A stretch of 64,000 nucleotides of DNA from Rhynchopus sp. YZ270_cl-10 (taxonomy: Eukaryota). The first letter of the stretch is position 1. Every line of letters starts with the position of its first letter. The notes under the pieces are model-generated. The model had not been told where the DNA came from and did not search any database. It saw only the letters and a list, made by a program, of their open reading frames with translations. Shown here piece by piece: positions 1 to 11,519 of the stretch. Both the position numbers and the translations under genes were made by a program. Location of the stretch: contig OZ037838.1 of NCBI GenBank assembly GCA_964035575.1, forward strand, positions 1,426,001-1,490,000, written 5' to 3'.

Positions 1-688
1 ACTGACTTTAGAACAGACCCGAGAGATCAGATATGACTTTGAGGAAAGAACAAAGCAATGCATCTGTACCCGCACGCCAGGTTGTAGTTACTTCAGAATT
101 TTCTTAAGTTTGCGCGAAAGAGAGCGGGGGCAACTCCTTTGTGTCATTAGTCCGCTGTGCAGCACAAAGCGAGGAACCTTAAAACACTACCTGCGTGGTG
201 GCTGAATTCACATCCCTTAGAATTACCAGAATTCAGCCTTTGTTGAAGTAACGTACATACTTGTATGTGCGTGTCACGCTTCTCCACCCTTAAATGGGTG
301 CACTGCTTCACTGCAGCGGGTAAGCCTCTCTCGACTAGTGCGAACTTAAGAATGTTCTGCTGCAACTTACCAAAATCGATTTTCTCACCCCAAACACCCG
401 CAACACCCCACCTGCTACTTCGGTAGCCTGTGTTGTTGGGAGTTGGTTCTCATGTTGATCCCCAGTGACTGTCTTGCACTGCTTCTTCTGAGCCCAACAC
501 TGTTTGGCCTGTCGACGGGGTAATAAATACGAAGACAGGGGGGCGGTGCCAACAATTTTCCGATGATGTAACGTTTATCTGATTGATTTATCGTTTGATA
601 TACCTTGTGTGTCCTTCTTCATGCACACCAAGCAACATATATTGAACGGTATTTTCAAGCGATACTTCGTTATGTCATCGGGGGGCGG

Positions 689-966
689 ACCCCGCGCGGA
701 CCCTTGACTCTGGCACTCTGGCACTCTGGCTGTACCTGTGTACCTGTGTACCTGTGTACCTGTGTACCTGTGTACCTGTGTACCTGTGTACCTGTGTACC
801 TGTGTACCTGTGTACCCCCAGTGCCAGTCAGGGTCCGCGCGGGGTACCCCGGGGGGTACCCCCGGGGGTAGTCTGGGGGGTACCCCTCAGATTTGGGGGG
901 TACCCCATGGGGTACCCCATGGGGTAGTCTGGGGGGTACCCCCTTGGGTACCCCCCGCGGACCCTA
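689..966. mobile_element. Composite GC-rich inverted-repeat element (MITE-like ends) enclosing a microsatellite and GGGGTACCCC palindromes
   Basis: ACCCCGCGCGGACCCTTGACTCTGGCACT (689-717) is an imperfect inverted repeat of 820-845. AGGGTCCGCGCGGGGTACCC (830-849) is also inverted with GGGTACCCCCCGCGGACCCT (946-965). No TSD found. Confidence 0.5.
731..816. repeat. Tandem repeat (TGTACCTG)x10.75
   Basis: Perfect 8-bp unit read directly from the sequence. Confidence 0.97.
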
Positions 967-1429
967 CCCTAAGGGTAGGAATGGGCCACCGTGATCAAGT
1001 TTTCAAAAAAAAAAAAAAAAATGCTCTGAAACGTCAGCGCAAATAATACCAATGAACCTAAAGAGAGGGGATGGGGGGGGAGGAGATTGGGGAAGGGGGG
1101 GTCCATTCAAGGGGGGGGGGGGGGGGGGGGGGGGTAAGCACAGCAATTTTTTTTTAATCCTAGCCTTTGAACGAAATTTTTTTCTCTGTTGCGTTCTAAA
1201 GAATGAAATGGGGGATGGGGTGGGGTGGGGTGGCAATTTTGTTGTTTTTTTCTGCTTCACTCAAAGAGAGAAGGTAAAAAGAGGAGGGCGAGGGAAGGGG
1301 GGGTTCTTGTACTAAATTGTTTTAAATATCTGGGGGGGGGTTTATTTTTGTGTTACAATAACTAAAAAAAACCGAAAGTTTTTTTTTTCTCTTCAATCAC
1401 TCTTGTGACAACTATGGCATTTGTTGCAT

Positions 1430-1915
1430 GGTGACTAAGCGCACCCTGGTATCATCTTACAACTTGTTTTGTTTTCCCCCCTTTTCCCCTTCTTTCTTTT
1501 TTATAAGGTGACTAAGCACGAGAGGCTTAGGATCATCTTATAAACTTTTCTTTTTTTACCCTACCAGACAGACGTGATGTTAGGCCACCAAAACAGGACC
1601 TTTTTTTTCACGGAAAGGTGAGTACGCGAAGACGTAAGCTCATCTTCTTAACTTTCTTATTTTTTGGTGGTACACTGTCACGAGAGGGCTTTGTATTTCA
1701 ACTTTCGTTTTTTTTTTTTTTTTCCAGCACGATAAAGACGTGCACGAAAGGTTTCATCTTTCAAATGTTTCTTTTTGTTTCCCTCCCCAACCACCCTCTT
1801 GGAAAAAGGCGTGTGTTCCTCAGTAAAACTTAAAATATCTGAACAACAAGGTCAACCTGAATTGTCCAGAAATATTACGGCCCGCTACTTAAGTCCCATG
1901 TTACGAGAGGGCTTT
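1430..1915 (+). repeat. Cluster of about 6 oriented hairpin motifs (AAGRTG...ACGAGAG...CATCTT family)
   Basis: Copies near 1430, 1505, 1615, 1669, 1734 and 1897; for example AAGGTGA-CTAAGC-ACGAGAG-GCTTAG-GA-TCATCTT at 1505-1539. Confidence 0.75.
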
Positions 1916-1930
1916 TTATTTTTATTCCTA

Positions 1931-2011
1931 CGAACATGGTATACATAAGATCTTAACTAAGATATGGGGGAAAAACCCCTGTTTTTAAAGATCTTATGTA
2001 TACCATGTACG
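1931..2011. repeat. Small palindromic MITE-like hairpin
   Basis: ACATGGTATACATAAGATCTT (1934-1954) is inverted with AAGATCTTATGTATACCATGT (1988-2008). Confidence 0.75.
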
Positions 2012-3714
2012 AAGCTTACTAGGAGGAATAGTACTACCGGGTACGGTCGCCACATCATCCCTCAAACAGGAGGATTTGTGCAATCCACGAAAACAACTTT
2101 ACTTACCTGCCCCCGATCCTACTATTTTTTCTTGTTTGACTATTTCAGATGTCAACCTCGAACGGGATGAACTGCATGGGTTATGTACCGGTACCAAAAG
2201 GTACACTGTTCCGAGAGGGCTTTTGTATTTCAAGTCAAATTATTTTACGTTTACAATGTTCTGTGTCCAAGCGTGGGGTTTGCACTACTCTCACAAAGCC
2301 GGGAGGGGTGTCGGAAAAAGCATCGTTGCACACTGATGAGTGTTCGTACACCCTCCCTGCCTCCTATCTCCCTCTCTTTCCCTCTGCTTTTTTTTTTTTC
2401 AAGGTGGCCTGGATTGAAATTTGGTGGAGTTAAATACCACCAAACACCTCAACTCCTCCAAATTTTCAGGAAAAATTAGGTGGGTGCTATCTAACTCAAC
2501 TACTCTCGTTTGTTTTTTGTTTTTGTTTTTGAATCTGAGTCGGTCCCGCGAAAAAGTCTCTGTTGTTGTTTTTTTTATGTTGCCAATGTATTGCAGGACA
2601 TTTTTGGTCGTTCTTGTGTCTTCGAAGTGCATAAGAAATACGTACCAGTGGCACATGAGGGTGGAAATCTCTTTTTTTTTTGGTTCTCTTATTTTCTTTT
2701 GAGTCTTCGAATTGTCTTTTTTACAACTGGGCAAACGAGAACAAAGGAAGGCAGATGTTCTTTCTGTGGTCTTGCATTTTTTTCTTCTCGTTGCAAAACT
2801 AACTTCTATCCTGCGTAGTTCCCCCAATGCCCCCCCACGCAGGGTGAATATGTTTTTTAGTGTTGCAAAGCTGACTCCTTATTTGCTCTCTTTTAAAGAT
2901 CCTGGACAATTTTTTTTTGGCTGTTATCTTAGATAATCTAGATAGTAGTCTAAAATCAAAATTTGTGTTGCGTAAGGATGATTAAATACACCGTGTGCAC
3001 CCCTTTTATATGCACTTTGTGAGAAGGAGAATAAAACGACAAAAATCTAACTTGAATTGAAAGAAATCTGAATTGAAAAAGGGGGGCAACAAAGAGCTCA
3101 TCTGTGGGCACTAACTAAGTGCACCCTCATAGTAGATATAATGGTATTCCACATAAATTCGATATTTTCCCACGGTAACAAAAACAATGAAAATGCTATT
3201 TTTAAAATACCCTAAGGTTCAGATGGCGTTGCAATTCACAGTGCACACGTGGAGGCATGCTGATGCACAAATCATGCTGCAAAACCTGCAAACCCGGTAC
3301 CCAGACACCCAGACCCACGCAGTGGTGCATTACATCAAGGTAGGATGTGGCAACCGCAAAAATTACCAGATCCGGTCTTCGGTGCAGACTGTCGGCGCCA
3401 ATCCGGGCCGGGTAACGGGGCACCCCATAAAGACAGTTGCCACTGTGAACATATTTTGTTATTTGCAAAAAATATAAATTATTACCGTTTTCACATAAAC
3501 AAACAGGTGAAAATGTGCACCACCACCACTGCCTGGGTCTGAACTCTTTATTAGAAACGTTTTGTGTTCCCATACTGTCCAAAGGTCACACTGAGTGGGC
3601 CAGACTGTCCACATCTCAAATGTTCTCAAATTACCGAAATTATGTAAACTATGACAACATTATTTATACTATGAGGGTACTTCTAAAACAAAACAACTAC
3701 AACACTTTTGAATA

Positions 3715-3828
3715 CCGTAATCGTAAAAATTCTGGGACGTAAAAATGTCCCAAGTTTAAAAAAGTCCAAAATGTCCCAGAATATTTACATCCCAAAAATT
3801 TTACGCCCCAGAATTCTTACGATTACGG
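3715..3828. mobile_element. Tc1/mariner-type MITE
   Basis: TIRs CCGTAATCGTAAAAATTCTGGG / CCCAGAATTCTTACGATTACGG, with TA on both sides (3713-14, 3829-30). Confidence 0.8.
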
Positions 3829-4107
3829 TACATAAAAATCCTAGACTAGAGTTGACGACAATCTACGTCAATCATCTATCCCATGCGGGAGACGCTGTGT
3901 GTACAAGGACCTACCTCGGTAGGTGATTGTCGATACAACAAAAATAAAGCAAAAAAGAAAAATAGTGGATATCAGCCTCAGGTGTCTGCACTAATCCAAA
4001 CCAATTTTTTAACAAAAAAAAAGATAGAAAAACAAAACATTCGCCCAATACAATGGACCTAAAAGTTTACCCTCAACAATACAAACTGGGGTGTCCCCAC
4101 CAAGCGT

Positions 4108-4137
4108 TCCTCTCTCCTTTTCTCTGCCTCTTTCTAG
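4108..4137 (+). promoter_or_regulatory. Putative (trans-)splice acceptor: polypyrimidine tract + TAG
   Basis: TCCTCTCTCCTTTTCTCTGCCTCTTTCTAG about 110 nt upstream of the ATG; equivalent tracts precede copies 2, 4 and 5. The function is inferred. Confidence 0.45.
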
Positions 4138-4248
4138 CATTGATGAAGACACTGCAATATAAAAGGAACACACTCACCTCGCTCCACATATCTAATCCCC
4201 CTTCCACCGCCACCCCAACTACCACATTGCAGTGTATTGAATAAGAGA

Positions 4249-5360
4249 ATGGATGTGACCTTTGTGCTGGAAGAGTCAGGCGTGACTGCGACAGTGGAGG
4301 TGCCGTGCGAGGCGGACGTTGCAGCGGCAAAGGAGGTTGCGTGCACGGCGCTTGCTGTCTCGCCTGCGTCTGTCGAGATGCGCATCGGCACGCAGGTGCT
4401 GGAGGGACGTGCCGTCTGCAGGACACTGCGTTTGATTCAGGGGTGCAGGTTGTGCTTGCCCGCCGCTTTGCCGACATCAAGTGTCCTGCTGAGTACAGTG
4501 TAGAGGCGGCAACTGGCGGGCAAGGGAGGAACATACAACGTTTATCGCTGTCTCCTTGTGGAGCACTCTGCCTCTTTACACAGAAGACAGGCTACGTCAC
4601 CGGCCTCGATACAGAAATCTTCAGCCCTGCCTTCAGGTTCAAAGCAAGCATCGAGATGTGCGGTGCGCCTGCTGCCATCTCACGGTGCAAGACACGCTGC
4701 TACCTGGCGCGCAAGGAAGGTGTCCACGTGGTTGCGCTTCCGGGTGGGGAGGTGCTCCGCAAGGTTGACGGCCCCTCGTTCCAAGTGTTCGCGTGTGGCG
4801 GTGTTGTTGTCTCGAAGGGCATGGACAGCGTCTCTGTGTATGACGAAGACCTGACGTTGCTCCGCTTTCTCTCACACAAAGGGTGCAGGTGTGGGAGTGT
4901 GGCAGTGTCGGACTGTGGTGGATGGGTGATCACCTGCTCCAGAACAGAGCAGGACGCACGTCTGTGGGATGTGAACACAGGTGAAGCTGTGGCATGTGTA
5001 CTTGCTAATAGGAGTGCGGCGCTTTCACGATGTGCCTCTGTCTTTGCTGTGGTGCACTCTAAAAAAGTGCAGCTCTATGACTGGAGTGGTGCGGCTCTTG
5101 GCAACCTTAAAAGTGCGGATTATAGAGTTGCTAACCTGCAGTTCACTCCCTCCGGGAAGTATCTCGTAGTTCGGGTGATGGATACGGGTGCTAATGAAAT
5201 TTTTCTGCACCAGTATGATGTGACGACCATGTCCTGTGTGCGTGTGATACCGGACTCCGACGACTGCGGTACGTTTGCGATATCGCCGTGTTCACGTGTG
5301 GTATTGTTTGCGAACGAGGGACGAGACACCATTGTGACAAGACATCTGTACCCGTACTGA
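4249..5360 (+). pseudogene. Ubl + WD40-like propeller family copy 1, with a 1-bp frameshift (possible homopolymer error)
   Basis: Same ATG and sequence as the paralogues, but GGAGGGACG at 4401-4409 where the others have GGAGGGGACG. The rest is open to the conserved TRHLYPY-TGA. Confidence 0.8.
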
Positions 5361-5604
5361 GCGATGTTTTGCGAGAGGTTGTGTTTGTGCAGCTTCTCGC
5401 AGGCAGTCCACCCCAGAAGCACCTCCTCGCTGTCGCTGAGCAGTTGCAGCGTCTATCAGACTGAGTGCTGGCAGGGTCCCTATCTGAAATGCAACCCCTG
5501 TGAAAGACAACACCGACGCAGGAGCGTTTTATTGGAAACTGTTTTCTTCTCCGCCAACACAAAAACACTTGGCAGAAGCTTTTTTATACAACGTTTTTCC
5601 CCGT

Positions 5605-5775
5605 CACATATGATACTGTTTTCCATGGATACACATGCAATGGAGTTGTCGTGCTCACAGAACTCGATACGCGATGGTGACAACCAAAACAAAGAAAGTA
5701 CAATAAGAAACATACGAAATGCAGGGGGGAAAAAAATACAAAGATATTTTGACAAAAGGACAAAAAAATGTTTCT
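5605..5775 (+). repeat. Dispersed ~170-bp intergenic repeat
   Basis: ATGATACTG..CATGGATACACATG..GTGCTCACAGAACTCGATA..CAACCAAAACAAAGAAAG recurs at about 7646, 11201 and twice in 24970-25230. Confidence 0.75.
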
Positions 5776-5930
5776 CCTTTTCATAGTTTCTGCTTTCATT
5801 TTTCTCTGCCTCTTTCTAGCATTGATGAAGACACTGCAATATAAAAGGAACACACTCACCTCGCTCCACATATTTAATCCCCCTTCCACCGCCACCCCAA
5901 CTACCACATTGCAGTGTGTTGAATAAGAGA

Positions 5931-7079
5931 ATGGATGTGACCTTTGTGCTGGAAGAGTCAGGCGTGACTGCGACAGTGGAGGTGCCGTGCGAGGCGGACG
6001 TTGCAGCGGCAAAGGAGGTTGCGTGCACGGCGCTTGCTGTCTCGCCTGCGTCTGTCGAGATGCGCATCGGCACGCAGGTGCTGGAGGGGACGTGCCGTCT
6101 GCAGGACACTGCGTTTGATGCAGGGGTGCAGGTTGTGCTTGCCCGCCCTCGCTTTGCCGACATCAAGTGTCCTGCTGAGTACAGTATGGTAGAGGGGCTA
6201 CAGGGGATGGATTATCTTAGGCAGCGGTTGAGTGCACATTACCTGTCACTGTCTCCTTGTGGAGCACTCTGCCTCGTTTCACAGAATGGGCGAGATGGGC
6301 AAGATGCAGGCTATATCACCGGCCTCGATACAGAAACCATCAGCCCTGCCTTCAAGTTCAAAGTAGACTTTGATGTGTGCGGTGCGCCTGCCATCTCACG
6401 GTGCAAGACACGCTGCTACCTGGCGGGCAAAGAAGGTGTGCACGAGGTTGCGCTTCCTGGTGGGGAGGTGGTCCGCAAGGTTGATGGCCGCTCGTACTTC
6501 GTATTCGCGTGTGGCGGTGTTGTTGTCTCCCGTGGCGAAGACGGCGTCTCTGTGTATGACGAAGACCTGACGTTGCTCCACTTTCTCTCGCACAAAGGGT
6601 GCAGGGAGGTGGCTGTGTCTGACTGTGGTGGGTGGGTGATCACCTCCTCCAGCAGGGATGAGAATGCACGTCTGTGGGATGTGAACACAGGTGAAGCTGT
6701 GGCATGTGTGCCTGGTAGTAGGATGGTGGCGCTTTCACGGTCTGCCTCTGTCTTTGCTGTGGGGAGTTCTGACAAAGTGCAGCTTTATGACTGGAGTGGT
6801 GCGGCTCTTCGCAGTGTTGATGTGGATGCGGGCAGCGGGTACATGCAGTTCACACCGTGTGGGAAGTACCTTGTCATGGTAGGGGATTCGTCCGGTAACA
6901 GGTGTCTGCACCAGTATGATATGGCGACCATGTCCTGTGTGCGTGTAATATCTCAAGAGATACCGCACATCTCTAGTGCGGGGTTTGTGATATCACCGTG
7001 TTCACGTGTGGTTGTGTTTGTTTCATCCCGCAGGACCACTATTGCGACAAGACATCTGTACCCCCACAACAGTGAGTGA
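5931..7079 (+). CDS. Ubl + 7-bladed WD40-like propeller protein, copy 2 (382 aa)
   Basis: MDVTFVLEESGVTATVEV...LQDTAFDAGVQVVL aligns by eye to the ubiquitin beta-grasp pattern; WD-like blades such as AVSDCGGWVITSS...ARLWDVNTGEAV; ends HLYPHNSE. Confidence 0.92.
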   Translation: MDVTFVLEESGVTATVEVPCEADVAAAKEVACTALAVSPASVEMRIGTQVLEGTCRLQDTAFDAGVQVVLARPRFADIKCPAEYSMVEGLQGMDYLRQRLSAHYLSLSPCGALCLVSQNGRDGQDAGYITGLDTETISPAFKFKVDFDVCGAPAISRCKTRCYLAGKEGVHEVALPGGEVVRKVDGRSYFVFACGGVVVSRGEDGVSVYDEDLTLLHFLSHKGCREVAVSDCGGWVITSSSRDENARLWDVNTGEAVACVPGSRMVALSRSASVFAVGSSDKVQLYDWSGAALRSVDVDAGSGYMQFTPCGKYLVMVGDSSGNRCLHQYDMATMSCVRVISQEIPHISSAGFVISPCSRVVVFVSSRRTTIATRHLYPHNSE

Positions 7080-8080
7080 GTGCTAGATCACTGTTTTAGT
7101 ATTTTTATTATTATTACTGCCAACAGGCTCTGCTTTTGCTCGCGGCTTTTCTTTGATACGCTATCATGAACTAATTGTGAGAGAAAATTGTGGCTGATGT
7201 CCAGATAAAAGGCTAAATCCTATTTGCTATTTGGGTTTTCAGAGAGAAAATAATTTACCCACTTTCTTTGAAGGGGTTTATGAATAGATCTGGAGTGTGT
7301 TTTTTGACAGAGAGCTGAGCCAGTGGAATGGGATCACTTGAATCCGCACAAACGCGATTATGTAGTTTTTCAGCCACGAACTCACGTTACGCTCTATATT
7401 TTTGCCTGCTGCGCTCGCGGAGGTACACCTTAAAATTTTATTTGCTAAGTAAGAGAAAACCGAATGGAGTGGGAACGTTAGTGAGGGCGCAGCGAAACGA
7501 TAGTGGGAACGCAACGAGCTTTTTTCATAATGTTTTATTCTTCCCGCAAAAATATGACGCGCAGAGAAACACTCGTTTTTCACAGCGCGTCCGTTTGTTT
7601 GTTTTTCTCAAACGACACCTTTTTTTCAAAAAATTTCCCCGGTATCACATATGATACTGATTTCCATGGATACACATGAAACGGAGTTCCGTGCTATTCA
7701 CAGAACTCGATAGGCGATTGAGCTTATCTAACAACAACCAAAACAAAAGAAAGTACAAAGAAGAGAATAAAAAATGCGGGGAAAATAGGAAAAGAGAAAA
7801 ACAAAGAGATTTTGACAAAGTGAACAATAACATTTCAGTCAGTATTGCCTTGTAACACTGATGAAAAAAGATAGAAAACCATAGTGGAGCACACTCTCGG
7901 GTGGCTACACTAACACAACCAAGTTTTGAAGACAAAAAGTTTACCCAATACAATGGAACTAAATTCTAGCATTGATGAAGACACTGCAATATAAAAGGAA
8001 CACACTCACCTCGCTCCACATATTTAATCCCCCTTCCACCGCCACCCCAACTACCACATTGCAGTGTATTGAATAAGAGA

Positions 8081-9172
8081 ATGGATGTGACCTTTGTGCT
8101 GGAAGAGTCAGGCGTGACTGCGACAGTGGAGGTGCCGTGCGAGGCGGACGTTGCAGCGGCAAAGGAGGTTGCGTGCACGGCGCTTGCTGTCTCGTCTGCG
8201 TCTGTCGAGATGCGCATCGGCACGCAGGTGCTGGAGGGGACGTGCCGTCTGCAGGACACTGCGTTTGATTCAGGGGTGCAGGTTGTGCTTGCCCGCCCTC
8301 GCTTGGCCGACATCAAGTGTCCTGCTGAGTACAGAACTGGTAGGCAGCGGTTGACTGTACATTACCCGTCGTTGTCTCCTTGTGGAGCACTCTGCCTCTT
8401 TATACAGAATGCAGGCTACGTGACCGGCCTCGATACAGAAACCTTCAGCCCTGTCTTCAGGTTCAAAGTAGATATTGTGATGTGCGGTGCGCCTGCCATC
8501 TCACGGTGCAAGACACGCTGCTACCTGGCGGGCAAAGGAGGTATGCACGAGGTTGCGCTTCCGGTTGGGGAGGTGCTCCGGAAGGTTGATGGCCGCTCGT
8601 ACTTCGTATTCGCGTGTGGTGGTGTTGTTGTCTCCCGTGGCGAAGACGGCGTCTCTGTGTATGACGAAGACCTGACGTTGCTCCACTTTCTCTCACACGC
8701 AGGGTGCAGGGAGGTGGCTGTGTCTGACTGTGGTGGGTGGGTGATCACCTGCTCCCTCAGTGAGAAGAAGGCACGTCTGTGGGATGTGAACACAGGGGAA
8801 GGTGTGGCATGTGTGACTACGGAGGAGGGATACCTAGTGGCGCTTTCACGGTCTGCCTCTGTCTTTGCTGTGGGGAGTTCTGACAAAGTGCAGCTCTATG
8901 GCTGGAGTGGTGCGGCTCTTCGCAGTGTTGATGTGGATGGGGGCCTCGGGTACATTCAGTTCACACCGTGTGGGAAGTACCTTGTCATGGTAGGGGATTT
9001 GTCCGGTTACGAGTGTCTGCACCAGTATGATGTGGCGACCATGTCCTGTGTGCGTGTTATACCGGATATCTCTAGTGCGTGGTTTGTGATATCACCGTGT
9101 TCACGTGTGGTTGTGTTTGAGTCTTCCGCTGGCATTTTGACGAGACATCTGTACCCCCACAACGGTGAGTGA
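8081..9172 (+). CDS. Ubl-propeller family copy 3 (363 aa)
   Basis: Intact ORF; close sister of copy 2, including downstream DNA (7126-7380 resembles 9285-9545). Confidence 0.92.
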   Translation: MDVTFVLEESGVTATVEVPCEADVAAAKEVACTALAVSSASVEMRIGTQVLEGTCRLQDTAFDSGVQVVLARPRLADIKCPAEYRTGRQRLTVHYPSLSPCGALCLFIQNAGYVTGLDTETFSPVFRFKVDIVMCGAPAISRCKTRCYLAGKGGMHEVALPVGEVLRKVDGRSYFVFACGGVVVSRGEDGVSVYDEDLTLLHFLSHAGCREVAVSDCGGWVITCSLSEKKARLWDVNTGEGVACVTTEEGYLVALSRSASVFAVGSSDKVQLYGWSGAALRSVDVDGGLGYIQFTPCGKYLVMVGDLSGYECLHQYDVATMSCVRVIPDISSAWFVISPCSRVVVFESSAGILTRHLYPHNGE

Positions 9173-9959
9173 GTGTTATTGGTGTGGCTGAAAGGGGGTG
9201 CTATTTTGTGCTATTTTCTGCTACTTTCTGCTATTTTATGCTATTTTGGGGTCGTCAGCCACACCAGTTATGGTATCTTTATTACTGCCAAGAGGCTCTA
9301 CTTTTGCTCGCGGCTTTTCTTTGATACGCTAGCGCGAACTATTGTGAAAGAAAATTGTGGCTGATGTCCAGGTAAAAGGCTAAATCCTATTTACTATTTG
9401 GGTTTTCAGAGAGAAAATAATTTACCCACTTTCTTTGAAGGGGTTCATGAATAGATCTGGAGTGTGTTTTTTGACAGAGAGCTGAGCCAGTGGAATGGGA
9501 TTACTTGAATCCGCACAAACGCGATTATGTAGTTTTTTTTTCAGCCACGGTCAGCTCACACTTCAGACCACCTTCCACGCTGTCGAGAAATAAAAAGCAG
9601 CAAACCAAGAAGGCGAATTCATATTCGCCCCATATTCAGATCCCAAATTTCCTGGACCATATTCTTGGCTCCAATAGTGAATCTCATCCTCGGGGTGTCT
9701 GCACTAATCCAAACCAAAATTTTCAAAAACAAAGATAGAAAAACAAAACATTCGCCCAATACAATGGACCTAAAAGTTTACCCTCAACAATACAAACTGG
9801 GGTGTCCCCACCAAGTGTTCCTCTCTCCTTTTCTCTGCCTCTTTCTAGCATTGATGAAGACACTGCAATATAAAAGGAACACACTCACCTCGCTCCACAT
9901 ATCTAATCCCCCTCCCACCGCCACCCCAACTACCACATTGCAGTGTGTTGAATAAGAGA

Positions 9960-11057
9960 ATGGATGTGACCTTTGTGCTGGAAGAGTCAGGCGTGACTGC
10001 GACAGTGGAGGTGCCGTGCGAGGCGGACGTTGCAGCGGCAAAGGAGGTTGCGTGCACGGCGCTTGCTGTCTCGCCTGCGTCTGTCGAGATGCGCATCGGC
10101 ACGCAGGTGCTGGAGGGGACGTGCCGTCTGCAGGACACTGCGTTTGATGCAGGGGTGCAGGTTGTGCTTGCCCGCCGCTTTGCTGACATCAAGTGTCCTG
10201 CTGAGTACAGTGTAGGCGGGCCAACTGGTGGGCAGGAGAGGAAAATGAGGCACTTATCACTGTCTCCTTGTGGAGCACTCTGCCTCTTTGCACAGGAGGA
10301 AGGCTATGTCACCGGCCTCGATACAGTCATCTTCAGCGTCAAGTTCAAAGTAGACATTGAGGTGTATGGTATGCCTGCCATCTCACAGTGCAAGACACGC
10401 TGCTACCTGGCATGCAGGCAAGGTATACACGAGGTTGCGCTTCCGAGTGGGGAGGTGCTCCGCAAAGTCGACGTCCTCTCCTCTGCAGTGTTCGCGTGTG
10501 GCAGTGTTGTTGTCTCCCAGGGCACAGACGGCGTCTCTGTGTATGACGAAGACCTGACGTTGCTCCGCTCTCTCTCGCATGAAGGGTGTGCGGGCTTGGC
10601 AGTGTCGGACTGTGGTGGGTGGGCGATCAGCTCCTCCAGAACAGCGCAGAACGCACGTCTGTGGGATGTGAACACAGGTGAAGCTGTGGCATGTGTGCCT
10701 ACTAATAGGATGGTGGCGCTTTCACGGTCTGCCTCTGTCTTTGCTGTGGTGTGGTTTGACGAAGTGCGCCTCTTTGATTGGAGTGGTGCGGCTCTTGGTA
10801 ACCTTAAAAAGCCGTATCATATATTTGCTGGCCTGCAGTTCACTCCGTGTGGGAAGTATCTCGTAGTACGGTTGCTGGATATGTATGCTGATAAACATTT
10901 ACTGCACCAGTATGATGTGACGACCATGTCCTGCGTGCGTGTGATACCGGGCTCCTATGACTGCCGTGAGTTTGCGATATCGCCGTGTTCACGTGTGGTA
11001 TTGTTTGCGAACTCGGGACGAGACACTATTGAGACGAGACATCTGTACCCGTACTGA
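9960..11057 (+). CDS. Ubl-propeller family copy 4 (365 aa)
   Basis: Intact ORF with all conserved blocks; ends HLYPY. Confidence 0.92.
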   Translation: MDVTFVLEESGVTATVEVPCEADVAAAKEVACTALAVSPASVEMRIGTQVLEGTCRLQDTAFDAGVQVVLARRFADIKCPAEYSVGGPTGGQERKMRHLSLSPCGALCLFAQEEGYVTGLDTVIFSVKFKVDIEVYGMPAISQCKTRCYLACRQGIHEVALPSGEVLRKVDVLSSAVFACGSVVVSQGTDGVSVYDEDLTLLRSLSHEGCAGLAVSDCGGWAISSSRTAQNARLWDVNTGEAVACVPTNRMVALSRSASVFAVVWFDEVRLFDWSGAALGNLKKPYHIFAGLQFTPCGKYLVVRLLDMYADKHLLHQYDVTTMSCVRVIPGSYDCREFAISPCSRVVLFANSGRDTIETRHLYPY

Positions 11058-11519
11058 GTGATGTTTTGCGAGAGGTTGTGTTTTGTGCAGCTTCTCGCAG
11101 GCAGTCCACCCCAGAAGCACCTCCTCGCTGTCGCTGACCAGTTGCAGCGTCTATCAGACTGAGTGACAGGGTCCCTATCTGCAATGTAACCCCTGTGAAA
11201 ATGATACTGTTTTCCATGGATACTCATGCAAAAGGAGTTGTCGTGCTCACAGAACTCGATACGCGATGGTGACAACCAAAACAAAGAAATTACAATAAGA
11301 AACATACGAAACTCCAGAAAAACAAAACAAAGATATTTTGACAAAGGGACAATAAAACGTTTCTCCTTTTTTAAAAGTTTCTGCTTTCATTTTTCTCTGC
11401 CTCTTTCTAGCATTGATGAAGACTGCAACATAAAAGGAACACACTCACCTCGCTCCACATATTTAATCCCCCTTCCACCGCCACCCCAACTACCACATTG
11501 CAGTGTATTGAATAAGAGA

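Noticed and set aside
1..680. Possible coding or transposon interior at the window start
   Set aside because: No sustained ORF or recognisable motif; the context is truncated.
1505..1545. SECIS or group II intron domain V reading of the hairpin family
   Set aside because: TGA/GA could form a quartet, but the upper stem is too short and lacks the apical AA; there is no AGC triad or other intron domains.
3237..3447. Inverted CACAGTG heptamers resembling RSS/Transib ends
   Set aside because: Only a partial nonamer on one side, none on the other, and no 5-bp TSD; compatible with chance.
11226..11519. N-terminal extensions in the ORF track (also 40929, 42774, 55283, 59244)
   Set aside because: They run through intergenic repeats with indels between copies; homology begins at the MDVTF ATG.
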